Origin: Patescibacteria group bacterium | Lineage (GTDB): Bacteria; Patescibacteriota; Minisyncoccia; Minisyncoccales; PEYH01 | Length of the DNA stretch: 64,000 nucleotides | Reading direction: 5' to 3' | Assembly (NCBI GenBank): GCA_018817645.1 | Contig: JAHITK010000014.1 | Span: forward strand, 9,989 to 73,988 | Part shown: piece after piece, positions 32,669-41,934 of the stretch | Numbering within the stretch: position 1 is the first letter of the stretch | Layout: the number at the start of each line of letters is the position of its first letter | The notes under the pieces: generated by a model | Told to the model about the DNA's origin: nothing | The model's database searches: none | What the model saw: only the letters and a program-made list of their open reading frames with translations | Translations under genes and position numbers: made by a program

Positions 32669-33570
32669 ATTATCTTTTTGGCTATTCTTAATTTTGCCGA
32701 CCTTGAACGAGGGTTAACGCTAATCTCCTCGAAACCGGGAATAATTGGTTTTTTCGTGATGATTTCAAAAACATGAATCTCCTGGCATCTCTTGAAAAAT
32801 CTTTTTACTTCTCCGTCCTCCAGAGAGTGAAACGAAATGACGGCGATTCTCCCCTCTTTTGCCAAGACCTCTGCCGCCTGCACCAATCCTTTCTTGACAT
32901 TTTCTATTTCAGAATTTACGGCTATGCGCAGGGCTTGAAATGTTTTGGTGGCCGGATGAAGCTTTTTCCTTTGGTAGCGCGAAGGGAGCGCTGACCAAAC
33001 GACTTCTACTAAATCAAATGTCGTGCGTATTGGTTTTTCTTTTCTTTGCTCCCCTATCTTCCGGGCGATAATCCGGGCAAATCGCTCTTCTCCATAATCC
33101 TTCAGAATCTTCTCTATATCCTCTTCGGAATAGCTGTTTATTATTTCCAGGGCAGTCAAGGAATTGGTTTGAGGATTATATCTCATATCAAGCGGTTCAT
33201 CCTCTCTGAAAGAGAATCCTCTTCCGCTTTCCTCAAAGTGCCAGCTTGACAGGCCCAAATCCATTACAATCCCGTTCACCGGCCCGAAGCTCCGTTCGGC
33301 AATAATGTTTTTAAGGTTGATATAAGAATCATTCACTAAAATCAACCTGTTTTGGATTTTGGATTTTGGATTTTGGATTTCGCCCTCCTCCTGGAATTTT
33401 CTGTAAAGTTCCGGGTCCGCTTCTATTGCCAAAACCTTCCCGTCCGGTTCAATTGCGTCCAAGAGGGCGAAAGTGTGCCCTCCTTCCCCAAAAGTGCAAT
33501 CAATGAAATTCTCGCCTGGTTTCGGGTCAAGCCATTCTATAATTTCTTTTGTAAGTACGGGCGTATGCAT
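32665..33570 (-). CDS. rsmH: 16S rRNA (cytosine1402-N4)-methyltransferase RsmH
   Basis: HTPVL...DCTFGEGGH...DLGLSS...RGFSF...PLDMR...SFHSLED. Contains a heptamer-repeat-encoded insertion EIQNPKSKIQN. Confidence 0.9.
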   Translation of the reverse strand: MHTPVLTKEIIEWLDPKPGENFIDCTFGEGGHTFALLDAIEPDGKVLAIEADPELYRKFQEEGEIQNPKSKIQNRLILVNDSYINLKNIIAERSFGPVNGIVMDLGLSSWHFEESGRGFSFREDEPLDMRYNPQTNSLTALEIINSYSEEDIEKILKDYGEERFARIIARKIGEQRKEKPIRTTFDLVEVVWSALPSRYQRKKLHPATKTFQALRIAVNSEIENVKKGLVQAAEVLAKEGRIAVISFHSLEDGEVKRFFKRCQEIHVFEIITKKPIIPGFEEISVNPRSRSAKLRIAKKII

Positions 33571-33621
33571 TTTCTTCCTCCCAAATCATTTTTATTTGCG
33601 CCTCTTTTGACTCTTTTGACT

Positions 33622-34053
33622 TTAGAGCCCGACTTCCGTCAATCGCTCTGCCATATCCCCCATCCCTTTTTCCGTTTTCTGGGTATAACTCTTCCAGGCG
33701 GCTTCATCCCAAATTTCCACTCTGTTGGAAATGCCGGCAATAATTGTTTTCTTTTTCAGGCCGGCGTATTTTTTCAAGTAATCCGGAACCAATATCCTTC
33801 CCAAAGAATCAATCGCCACTTCAGCGGCCCCGGCCAGCATAAAGCGGGAGAACCCCCTGGCATCAGCTTTTTGAAACGGAAGCTCGCTTAACCGCTTGGC
33901 TAACTTTTCCCATTCGCTTACGGAAAAAAGAAAAAGACAGTTGTCTAATCCCCTGGTAATAACTGCCTTGTTTCCTAAAGATTTTCTAAGCTTAGCCGGT
34001 ATGCCTAACCGTCTTTTGGTGTCTAATGAATATGTGTATTCTCCGATGAACAT
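33622..34053 (-). CDS. mraZ: Transcriptional regulator MraZ
   Basis: MFIGEYTYSLDTKRRLGIPAKLR and a second DxxxR repeat (AAEVAIDSLGRILVP). 143 aa. Confidence 0.9.
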   Translation of the reverse strand: MFIGEYTYSLDTKRRLGIPAKLRKSLGNKAVITRGLDNCLFLFSVSEWEKLAKRLSELPFQKADARGFSRFMLAGAAEVAIDSLGRILVPDYLKKYAGLKKKTIIAGISNRVEIWDEAAWKSYTQKTEKGMGDMAERLTEVGL

Positions 34054-34096
34054 GTTAGAAAAACTTAATGAACGAAGTGAATTTTAGTTTTTCTGC

Positions 34097-34198
34097 ACCC
34101 CGCCCTCAATATTGCTATTTTCTTTTGGGGACGATTAGGGGTGGCTATTGCAATCTTTTATTTCGTATTATCGTAGATTTAGAGATTGAGGGCGGGGT
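34097..34198 (-). other. Long-range 14-bp GC stem enclosing ~74 nt in the mraZ leader
   Basis: ACCCCGCCCTCAAT (34097-34110) is perfectly complementary to ATTGAGGGCGGGGT (34185-34198). Confidence 0.5.
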
Positions 34199-34235
34199 CT
34201 CGTAATCTATTTTTATCAAAAATAGATTACTCGAG

Positions 34236-34331
34236 TTATCCACAGTTCTTAAAAGTTATCCCCACCTTTCTCCACAACAGCTTCTTTATACCCCACAATT
34301 AACCACCAGTCAACCACTCCCCTGTGGAAAA
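34236..34331. promoter_or_regulatory. Helically phased GTGG(N) repeat array (candidate MraZ operator) including DnaA-box-like 9-mers
   Basis: CCAC occurs at 34240, 34262, 34272, 34293, 34303 and 34314 (spacings 22, 10, 21, 10, 11). TTATCCACA (34236), TTATCCCCA (34256), TTCTCCACA (34268), TGTGGAAAA (34323). Confidence 0.5.
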
Positions 34332-34340
34332 CTATCAGGA

Positions 34341-34375
34341 ACGAAAAGTCGGCTCACACGAGCCGACTTTTCGTT
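34341..34375 (-). terminator. Intrinsic terminator after the 1176-aa gene
   Basis: ACGAAAAGTCGGCTC-ACAC-GAGCCGACTTTTCGT. Confidence 0.75.
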
Positions 34376-34422
34376 TCAGATTTCAGTTAGTTTTACAACC
34401 GCAGTATTTGCAACCGCATCAA

Positions 34423-37400
34423 TTATAATCTTACCAATTCCGATTCCTTTTTCTTTCTCATCCAATAATAACCGGTGAAAACAAGAATTCCGCTTAATAT
34501 CAGGATAAACAATATCACCAGCCAGAAGGCCAAACTGCCGATTATTTTAACAATCTGGGAAAAGATTGTTCCAGCCGCGGCCGCGCCTCCCGCGCCTTTC
34601 AAGACCTCGATGCTTACACTGTCGCTGGTGGTTTTATCCTCTCCATAAACAACCGTGCTCAAATTGCTTAAATAAGTGGTTCCGGAAGTGAATTCGCCAG
34701 CATCGCCCACTTTGGCGTCAAAGCTTATATATTTAGATTGCTTTGGAGCCAAGGTTCCCAAACCAAACCCAGCCAGAATATTGCCCACGAACGGCGTATC
34801 ATCCACTTTCAGATTTCCTAAATAATCAAGGTTTGTCGGCAAAAAATTTTCAAGCTTAACATCGGAAATGGTTTCATTGCCGGAAGAAGCCACAATAATC
34901 AAGAATGAAAGCTTGTCTCCGGGTTCTGCTGACAGGGTTTTCTTCCAACCTTCGTCAATGCCTGACTTTTTTACCAAAACAGAGACAGCCACGGTGTCAG
35001 CCATCGGAAGTTTTACATCAACCGGGCATTCGCAAAATGTCTCATTGCAATTTACTGCCCCGTCTCCGCAATGCTGACAACTTGAACAATAGTCAGTTGA
35101 GTCCTTGCTGCAAGTTGTGCCATCGCACTTTAAGTCATGATAACATCTGTCTATGTCGCATCTGTCTAAGGTGCAGGAGTTGTCGTCCTCGCAATCCATA
35201 TATTTGCTTAAGCGCGTTCCGGAAGAATTATACCAATAGACATCATTATCATAACACTGCCTTGTCTGAATTATCGGAGTCACTGAACAAGTTGAATTAT
35301 AATTACAGGTTGAGTCGCCCACCGAACAGGTTTCATTGCTTGAACAATAGTCAGCCACTATCCAGGAAGACCAATTGCCCCAGCTTCCCCAATTGCCGTC
35401 GCATTGGGCGCTCTCTCCGGAGCAATATCTAAATCTTATTCTGGTGCTCTGCCCGACATCTGCGCCGCATCCCGCTCCCCAAGGGCAGCTGTATTGGGTT
35501 TCTGATTCGCTCTTGCAAACAGCGCTTGAACTCTTATAATTTTGCCCGTCGCAACAGGGTCCGGAAGTGCATTCCTGTTCTGCCACGCACTGGCCGTTCT
35601 TGCAGGTCTCATCGCTGGCGCATTTTTTCACAAAAGATTTCTGCAGAGATGAATTGCTGAAGCAGGAACTGCCGGAACATCCTTTGTCATAGCAAGTCCT
35701 CTCTTTATAGACGCTGTCTCCGGAGCAATAATAAGAGCTCCAGGAGGTACAAGAGTCGTCTCCGCAATCCTCATATCTGTCTTGCCTGCTGTTATTGGAA
35801 TCATACCAATAAACATCGTTGTTGTAACAGGATTTGTGGTCGTTTTGATTGTAACAAGAGTAGCAGTTGTTGCAATTATTGCAGGTATCACAGATATTGC
35901 ATCCGCAACTGGAATCATAATTGCAAGTATATTCAGCGACGCCCCCGGTGCAATACCAACTTGGCTTTTGGTTGCTGTTACAGCTTCCATAACCGCAATA
36001 AGTCGGTCCCAAAATGCTCTCAACCGGAGACCATTCCAAGCAGGAATCGGAATCATAATTTCCGCAGGTCTGCTTATGGGCGCTGTCATAACATCTTACC
36101 TGTCCGGAAAAAGCGCATTCGCTTTGGCAGGCCTGTCCGCAATCTTGCGAACAATTGTATTGATTTTCTCCGCATTCAGAATTGCAGATTCCATTTCCAC
36201 AGGAATAACACTGCGAGGAACAGGTAGAATCGCTGTATGTGCAGGTTCCGCCCGAACAATAATAGTCCCGGCGAGTACTGCCGATGCAAGTGTCAGTCCC
36301 GCAGCTTTCCGGACTTGACCATTCTAAACAGGAATCCGAGTCGTAATTTCCGCAAATTTTCTTTGAACCGCTGTCATGACAGGTTGTCTGGCCAGTTACA
36401 GCGCATTCATCCTGGCAAGTGGGTGGATTACAGCTTGAATCGCTTACGCATTTTGATTCAAATTGAGTATCGCAACTATTGGGACTGCAAGTTCTTGTCC
36501 GGGTTTGATACATTTGGCCTGAACCGCATCCATCTTGAGCGCATCCCTGATTGCTCCAAGAACTCCAATCATTGCATTGGCAAGTAGTCACGCACTGGCC
36601 ATTGCTGCAGATTTTCCCGATTGCCGAACAATCCTGATAATTTTCCCATTGATTTTGAGCAAAACAAACAGCGCCTGAACATCCTCTAACAATCTTTTTT
36701 CTTTGAACCATATTGCCAGAGCATTGATAATCGTCTGTCCAGAAATCACTGCCGCATTCGTCATATTTATCTTCTCTGGCGCTGCAGGAATCATACCAGT
36801 AAACATCATTGTCATAGCAGGACTTGTAATTGTGGGTGGTGCAAGTAGTCACGCATTGTCCATTGCTACAGACCTTGCCATCGTCAGCGCAATTATATTC
36901 ATTCACCCACTCGTTATAGTTATAGCAAGAAGAACCGGAACATCCTTTCTTGTTCTTTTCTCTTTGAACCCAGTCCCCGGAACATTGGTAATTAGTAGTC
37001 CAGGAATCGCTCCCGCAGTTCTGGCTGGTTTGCCACACTGCATTGGAAAAACAAGAAGCATTGGAGCATCCTTTATCTAACCATTTTCTTTGTAAAGTGT
37101 TTCCTGAACATTGATAATCGCTGGTCCAGCCGCTGGTTCCGCATTCGCTGGATTTATCCTCTCTCGCCTGACAGGAGTTGTACCAGTAAACATCATTGTC
37201 ATAGCAGGACTTGTAATTGTGGGTGGTGCAAGTAGTCACGCATTGTCCATTGCTGCAGGTTTTTCCACTGGTTGAACAATTCTGATAATTTTCCCATTGA
37301 TTGTAATTATAGCAAGAAGAACCGGAACATCCTTTCTTGTTCTTTTCTCTTTGGATCCAATCCCCGGAACATCTGTAATTGTCGGTCCAGGAGTCGGAAC

Positions 37401-37953
37401 CGCAATCCCCGTAATCTTTCCAAATTGTATTGCTGAAACAGGAACTCCCAGAGCATCCTTTATCCAGCCACTTCCTTTGCAAATGGCTCCCGGAACATTG
37501 ATAATCGTTGGCCCAACCGGTAGAGCCGCAGTCCTGATATATCCCTTCTCTGGCGCCGCAGGAATTATACCAATAGACATCATTATTATAGCAGGCCCGA
37601 TGATCTTGAGGGGTGCAAGAATTCACGCACATCCCATTCTGGCAGACAGTGCCGGAAAGACAACTCATAGAAGAGGACCATTCTAAACAGACATCGCAGT
37701 CATAGTTTCCGCAGGCCTTGTAATGAGTGGAATCGGTGCAAGCTCTTTGGTCATAATATGAGCATTCGTCGGAGCAACTTGTGCCGCATCCCCATTGCCC
37801 ATAAACCACATAACTCTTAGAAAAATTAGAGTCATCTCCATTAGAATCAAAATGCGCCTTTATTAAAGGTTGGATTAAAAATGCGAGAGCAAAAAGAGTG
37901 ATAACAATAAAAAATACTCTTAATTTCTTCATATTTTTTGTGCCGTATGGCAC
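34423..37953 (-). CDS. Giant cysteine-rich repeat surface protein with C-terminal membrane anchor
   Basis: 1176 aa. Signal peptide, 3 tandem 129-aa Cys-rich modules (387-bp DNA period, e.g. 36811 vs 37198), WSxWS/CGxG...RTRTC thrombospondin-type-1-like motif, Ig-like C-domain, terminal TM + RKKK. Confidence 0.8.
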   Translation of the reverse strand: MPYGTKNMKKLRVFFIVITLFALAFLIQPLIKAHFDSNGDDSNFSKSYVVYGQWGCGTSCSDECSYYDQRACTDSTHYKACGNYDCDVCLEWSSSMSCLSGTVCQNGMCVNSCTPQDHRACYNNDVYWYNSCGAREGIYQDCGSTGWANDYQCSGSHLQRKWLDKGCSGSSCFSNTIWKDYGDCGSDSWTDNYRCSGDWIQREKNKKGCSGSSCYNYNQWENYQNCSTSGKTCSNGQCVTTCTTHNYKSCYDNDVYWYNSCQAREDKSSECGTSGWTSDYQCSGNTLQRKWLDKGCSNASCFSNAVWQTSQNCGSDSWTTNYQCSGDWVQREKNKKGCSGSSCYNYNEWVNEYNCADDGKVCSNGQCVTTCTTHNYKSCYDNDVYWYDSCSAREDKYDECGSDFWTDDYQCSGNMVQRKKIVRGCSGAVCFAQNQWENYQDCSAIGKICSNGQCVTTCQCNDWSSWSNQGCAQDGCGSGQMYQTRTRTCSPNSCDTQFESKCVSDSSCNPPTCQDECAVTGQTTCHDSGSKKICGNYDSDSCLEWSSPESCGTDTCIGSTRRDYYCSGGTCTYSDSTCSSQCYSCGNGICNSECGENQYNCSQDCGQACQSECAFSGQVRCYDSAHKQTCGNYDSDSCLEWSPVESILGPTYCGYGSCNSNQKPSWYCTGGVAEYTCNYDSSCGCNICDTCNNCNNCYSCYNQNDHKSCYNNDVYWYDSNNSRQDRYEDCGDDSCTSWSSYYCSGDSVYKERTCYDKGCSGSSCFSNSSLQKSFVKKCASDETCKNGQCVAEQECTSGPCCDGQNYKSSSAVCKSESETQYSCPWGAGCGADVGQSTRIRFRYCSGESAQCDGNWGSWGNWSSWIVADYCSSNETCSVGDSTCNYNSTCSVTPIIQTRQCYDNDVYWYNSSGTRLSKYMDCEDDNSCTLDRCDIDRCYHDLKCDGTTCSKDSTDYCSSCQHCGDGAVNCNETFCECPVDVKLPMADTVAVSVLVKKSGIDEGWKKTLSAEPGDKLSFLIIVASSGNETISDVKLENFLPTNLDYLGNLKVDDTPFVGNILAGFGLGTLAPKQSKYISFDAKVGDAGEFTSGTTYLSNLSTVVYGEDKTTSDSVSIEVLKGAGGAAAAGTIFSQIVKIIGSLAFWLVILFILILSGILVFTGYYWMRKKKESELVRL

Positions 37954-38061
37954 TATTAGTTTTGATTTAACTCTACCCTATTTCCTATATTTTGTCAATA
38001 GGTTATTATAGTTTACGCCCATTAAAAAAGATTGTCAATAATAATCCCGGCCAAATCAATA

Positions 38062-38088
38062 ACAAGGCGGACAGAATGTCCGCCTTGT
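38062..38088 (-). terminator. Terminator after 38128-39267
   Basis: ACAAGGCGGACA-GAA-TGTCCGCCTTGT. Confidence 0.6.
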
Positions 38089-38127
38089 CCTTTGACCATA
38101 AAATAAGGGTTTGACGACCTGTCCTGG

Positions 38128-39267
38128 CTATCCTCCGCAGGATTTTGTCCCGTCATAAAAAATCCCTGTTTCGGTTCCCGCAAACCACATCTGCAAGAAT
38201 GGCATTAATAAATCTATGATATTGCTGGAGTTTTCCGGTGCGATAATCTCTTGCGGCTTATTGAATTCAGAAAACAGCACTTTAAAATTCAGTGCCACTT
38301 CCCTTGCTTGAGCGAAATCAGTACTAAGAACAGAAAAATTCTTATCGCCCTTAATTTTATAAATATACTTGTCTTTAACCCCTATCCAGATTTCAAATGT
38401 TATCTCTCCTGCTCTTTCAAGGCCATCCGCAATTTTCTTCATATTCTCTTCGTCATTCGTTTGTGCCGGAGCCAAGGAGCCAAGCTCCTCTTGGACGATT
38501 TTGGAAATATTAAATAAAAAGTCCTTTGCGTTCTTAGGGTCTATGGCTACCAAATAATGATACGCCAGATTGCCATCTATTTTTTCATTGCGTAATTTTG
38601 ACTTCGTTTTAAACAACGGATATTTCTTCAAAAGGTCCATTACTTCGTTTTTTATTTTCTCGCTTTCGGTTCCGCCATTTAAAAGCGCTAAATTCATTCC
38701 TGCCTCCCCTGGATCAAATCTATACCACTTTCCCACATACGGACTGACATCTATCCCATAAGTAGTTAATTGAAGCGTTAAAACAAGCGGGATGGTTACA
38801 TTGATATAAAAAACATTATCTATTGCGCGCGCTTCTCCGTTAAAGACAAGTTCTATTCCTCCATTCCTAAAAGAAATATCAAACGATGCCTGTGATTTGG
38901 GATTCTGCGGATCTGTCCTGTCTTCCTTAGCATCAACGGTTATTTTTGTTTTACCTTCAGTGCCATCCGTCATCTCAAGACCCAATTCCACCTTAGTGCG
39001 CATCCTGTCAATGTTTGAAATATTGTTTATCGCCTCCATTATGACCTTGTCGGGCGAAGGCCTTAGAGGATTCCAAACCGGATCCCAGAGGCCGGTGGCA
39101 AAAACAATTCCCATGCCAACGATAATGACTCCAATGCCAATGGCGATAGCTAAAATAATATTCCTTTTGCTTTTCGGTTTTTTAGCCGGGGCTGGCGGAA
39201 AATCGCTGCCTCGGCCTTCCTGACTTATTGTTCTGCCTGCACTATAATTTTGCTCTTGTTCTTCCAT
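38128..39267 (-). CDS. Hypothetical membrane-anchored protein
   Basis: 379 aa. Cytoplasmic N-tail, one TM (IILAIAIGIGVIIVGMGIVFA), large extracellular domain. Confidence 0.6.
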   Translation of the reverse strand: MEEQEQNYSAGRTISQEGRGSDFPPAPAKKPKSKRNIILAIAIGIGVIIVGMGIVFATGLWDPVWNPLRPSPDKVIMEAINNISNIDRMRTKVELGLEMTDGTEGKTKITVDAKEDRTDPQNPKSQASFDISFRNGGIELVFNGEARAIDNVFYINVTIPLVLTLQLTTYGIDVSPYVGKWYRFDPGEAGMNLALLNGGTESEKIKNEVMDLLKKYPLFKTKSKLRNEKIDGNLAYHYLVAIDPKNAKDFLFNISKIVQEELGSLAPAQTNDEENMKKIADGLERAGEITFEIWIGVKDKYIYKIKGDKNFSVLSTDFAQAREVALNFKVLFSEFNKPQEIIAPENSSNIIDLLMPFLQMWFAGTETGIFYDGTKSCGG

Positions 39268-39393
39268 AAGTTTAATTTTTAATTCTTAATAATCTGTTTG
39301 AAAATTAAAAATTGGTATTTCATTGTAAATTGTAAATTGGAAATTGAAAATTAACTTCTTTTATGTTTTTAGACCAATGGGCTGCCGATATAA

Positions 39394-41934
39394 TCACTCC
39401 GCCTTTCTGATATTAAACCTCTTCGGTTCTACCTCAATCCTGTCCCCTCTTTTTATTTCGTCTTTTAAAAGCGCTTCGGCCAAAACATTTTCCACTTTGT
39501 CCTGAATTACCCTTTTTAAATTTCTCGCCCCAAAAGTAATGTCATAACCAAGTTCCACAATTTTCTCCTTGAGCTCTTGGGTGATTACAAAATCAATGTT
39601 CTTTTCTATCAATCCTTCCTGAATCTTTTTAAACATCAATTGGGCTATATCTAAAAGATTCTCCTTGCTCAACGGCTTAAACAGAACCACTGCGTCAAAC
39701 CTGTTTATAAACTCGGGGCGGAAAATCCTTTGGTCAAAAAGCTTGTCTAATAATTTCCCCTTAACAATGGCAAAATCCAAATTGTTTTTTAAAGCGTCTA
39801 AAATAACTTCATAGCCAGCGTTGGAAGTGGCGATGATAATGGCATTCTTGAAATCTACTTTTCTCCCCAGGCCATCGGTAATGTGGCCATCATCCAAAAC
39901 CTGCAAAAACAAATTTAAAATATTGGGATGGGCTTTTTCTATTTCATCCAAAAGAATCAAGGAAAACGGATTTTCCCGCACCGGCGTGGTAAGAAGCCCT
40001 TCGTTTCCGGAAGAACCCATAAGCCGAGGAATATCATCCTGGGACTGAAACTCTGACATATCAAGCCGAATCATTTTTTCTTCCGAGCCGAAATAGATTT
40101 CGGCCAGCGCTTTTGAGGTTTCGGTTTTGCCGACACCAGTCGGACCTAAAAAGAGAAAACCGCCCATCGGACCCTTCCTTTCTTTAAGTTTGGCTCGGGC
40201 TCGGCGCAAGGCAGTGGAAACCTCCCTGACCGCCTCTTGCTGGTTAATAATCCTTTGGTGAATAAGCTCTTCCAGATTAAGCAAGACCTCCTTTTCTTTC
40301 ATCTCTATTTTCCCCACCGGAATTTCTGTTTTCCGAGCCACTATCTTATCAATGTCTTCCGGCAAAATCCATCTTCCTTTCTCGGTTGTCGTTTTTACCA
40401 TTGCTTCTTCCAAAACCTCAATGGCTTTCTTGGGGAACGGCACATCCGCGATGTATCTGCCGGTCAATTCCACAATCTGTTCCAAGGCCGGATAGGTTAT
40501 AAATTTATGAAATTTGGCTTCCAGGGCAGGAGCTAATCTCTGCAGTATTCTCATTGTTTCCCCGGGCGAGGGCTCCTGGATTTCCACCTTGGAAAAAAGA
40601 TTTAAAATCGTCGGGTTTTCCTCAATCTGCTTATGAAGACCGGCATAACTGGCAAGGGCGATAATTTTGAATTCCGGGAATTTCAAATACGAGGAAATCA
40701 GGCCGGAGATATCTATTTTGCCCGGCGCCGGCTCTCGGCCCACAAAATTATGGAATTCATCAATGATTAAAATTACATTTCTCGCATTGATTACCTCTTT
40801 AAAAATCTTATCTAAAACATCTTCCACTTGGTCCAAATTCTGCATCTGGGCAAGTAATTGAGGAATTTTCAATTCCAAGACCCTATTATAATTCACGGCT
40901 GGAAAACTTTGCCCTTTGTTGCTTTTGATGGCAATGGCTTTGACCACATTTTCCATTCCCACTCCCGGCTCCCCGACTAAAAGAACATTATTCATTTCCG
41001 GACTGGATAAGGTCCTTTCCACCTGCTCAATTTCTTTTTCGTAACCAATGACTATTTCCATCCCTTCATTCAACACCGATTGATTATAATCCATGGCGTA
41101 TTCGTCCAGCGTAATTGTATAACCGCTTGACCAACTCCTAGCGATACTGCCCTTCCGGGCTAAATTATCGTAATCCCAAAACCTCTTGCGCCGCTTCCTT
41201 TTATCCTCTTCTTCCTCCCACCACAAAACCGCATTCCTGACATCATTGGGCCGCAAGTCCGCTTCCAGTAAAAACAAGCCCAATATCGGCTCATTTTTCG
41301 CCAGGGCTAAAAACATATCTCCCGTCTCAATATATTTATGCTTTTTGCTTTGGGCGATTTCAAAGGCATCTTTAACCGCTTGTTCAAATTTCTGGGAATA
41401 AATGCCCTGGCTTAAAGTATCCTGACTTTTCGGCCCTGAAAAACATTCTGCCAGCTTATGACCCAGCGCCTCAATGTCTATCAATAAGCGCGAGAGGATA
41501 AAATTGAGCTTAGAATTCTCTCTTAGAAGAAAATAAAGGAAGAGGCTGGCATTAATGGGAAAAATATTTTTTCTCTTTGAAAATCTGATGGCGCAATCAA
41601 GGCCCCTGGCGGTGTCAATGCTTAAAAATTCCGCCAGATTGACCACTGGCGTTACGGCCGGGGTCTCCGGATTGCTAACCTTTGTTTTTATAAAACCGCT
41701 TATCAGAAAACAAACAGTTCCGAAACTGAAAAACACTAAAGCAAAACCGAGAAGAAAATCGTATTCATTGCCGAATCCGGCTCCGACATTGACAAAGATA
41801 AAGATAAAAACGGAACCGGCCGAGACAACAAAGAAAATTGCCTTAAGCCCGAAAATTATTGAGGCAACAAGGCCCTCGGCAATCCGCATTGCCCTGAAAA
41901 CCGCTGTTTTTTGGAAATCAAAATTAAACATCAA
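39394..41934 (-). CDS. Clp/Hsp100-family AAA+ ATPase with N-terminal transmembrane region
   Basis: 846 aa. NBD2 Walker A GPTGVGKTE. NBD1 Walker A degenerate (GEPGVGMEN, no Lys) but Walker B is intact (LIIDEFH). 3-4 hydrophobic helices at the N-terminus. Confidence 0.8.
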   Translation of the reverse strand: MMFNFDFQKTAVFRAMRIAEGLVASIIFGLKAIFFVVSAGSVFIFIFVNVGAGFGNEYDFLLGFALVFFSFGTVCFLISGFIKTKVSNPETPAVTPVVNLAEFLSIDTARGLDCAIRFSKRKNIFPINASLFLYFLLRENSKLNFILSRLLIDIEALGHKLAECFSGPKSQDTLSQGIYSQKFEQAVKDAFEIAQSKKHKYIETGDMFLALAKNEPILGLFLLEADLRPNDVRNAVLWWEEEEDKRKRRKRFWDYDNLARKGSIARSWSSGYTITLDEYAMDYNQSVLNEGMEIVIGYEKEIEQVERTLSSPEMNNVLLVGEPGVGMENVVKAIAIKSNKGQSFPAVNYNRVLELKIPQLLAQMQNLDQVEDVLDKIFKEVINARNVILIIDEFHNFVGREPAPGKIDISGLISSYLKFPEFKIIALASYAGLHKQIEENPTILNLFSKVEIQEPSPGETMRILQRLAPALEAKFHKFITYPALEQIVELTGRYIADVPFPKKAIEVLEEAMVKTTTEKGRWILPEDIDKIVARKTEIPVGKIEMKEKEVLLNLEELIHQRIINQQEAVREVSTALRRARAKLKERKGPMGGFLFLGPTGVGKTETSKALAEIYFGSEEKMIRLDMSEFQSQDDIPRLMGSSGNEGLLTTPVRENPFSLILLDEIEKAHPNILNLFLQVLDDGHITDGLGRKVDFKNAIIIATSNAGYEVILDALKNNLDFAIVKGKLLDKLFDQRIFRPEFINRFDAVVLFKPLSKENLLDIAQLMFKKIQEGLIEKNIDFVITQELKEKIVELGYDITFGARNLKRVIQDKVENVLAEALLKDEIKRGDRIEVEPKRFNIRKAE

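Noticed and set aside
34236-34331. Chromosomal origin (oriC) suggested by four DnaA-box-like 9-mers
   Set aside because: There is no gene-strand switch here (both flanks are minus-strand), no dnaA/dnaN and no obvious AT-rich unwinding element. The same motifs form a 10-11 bp phased GTGG array directly upstream of mraZ, so an MraZ operator fits better. GC skew was not computed, so this is not fully excluded.
35628-37686. Many long ORFs on both strands inside 34423-37953 (e.g. 35782-36318+, 36703-37080+, 37236-37583-)
   Set aside because: They are all nested in the 1176-aa Cys-rich gene. The biased codon composition (TGY/GGN/AGY) suppresses stops in other frames, and none has a start context or motif.
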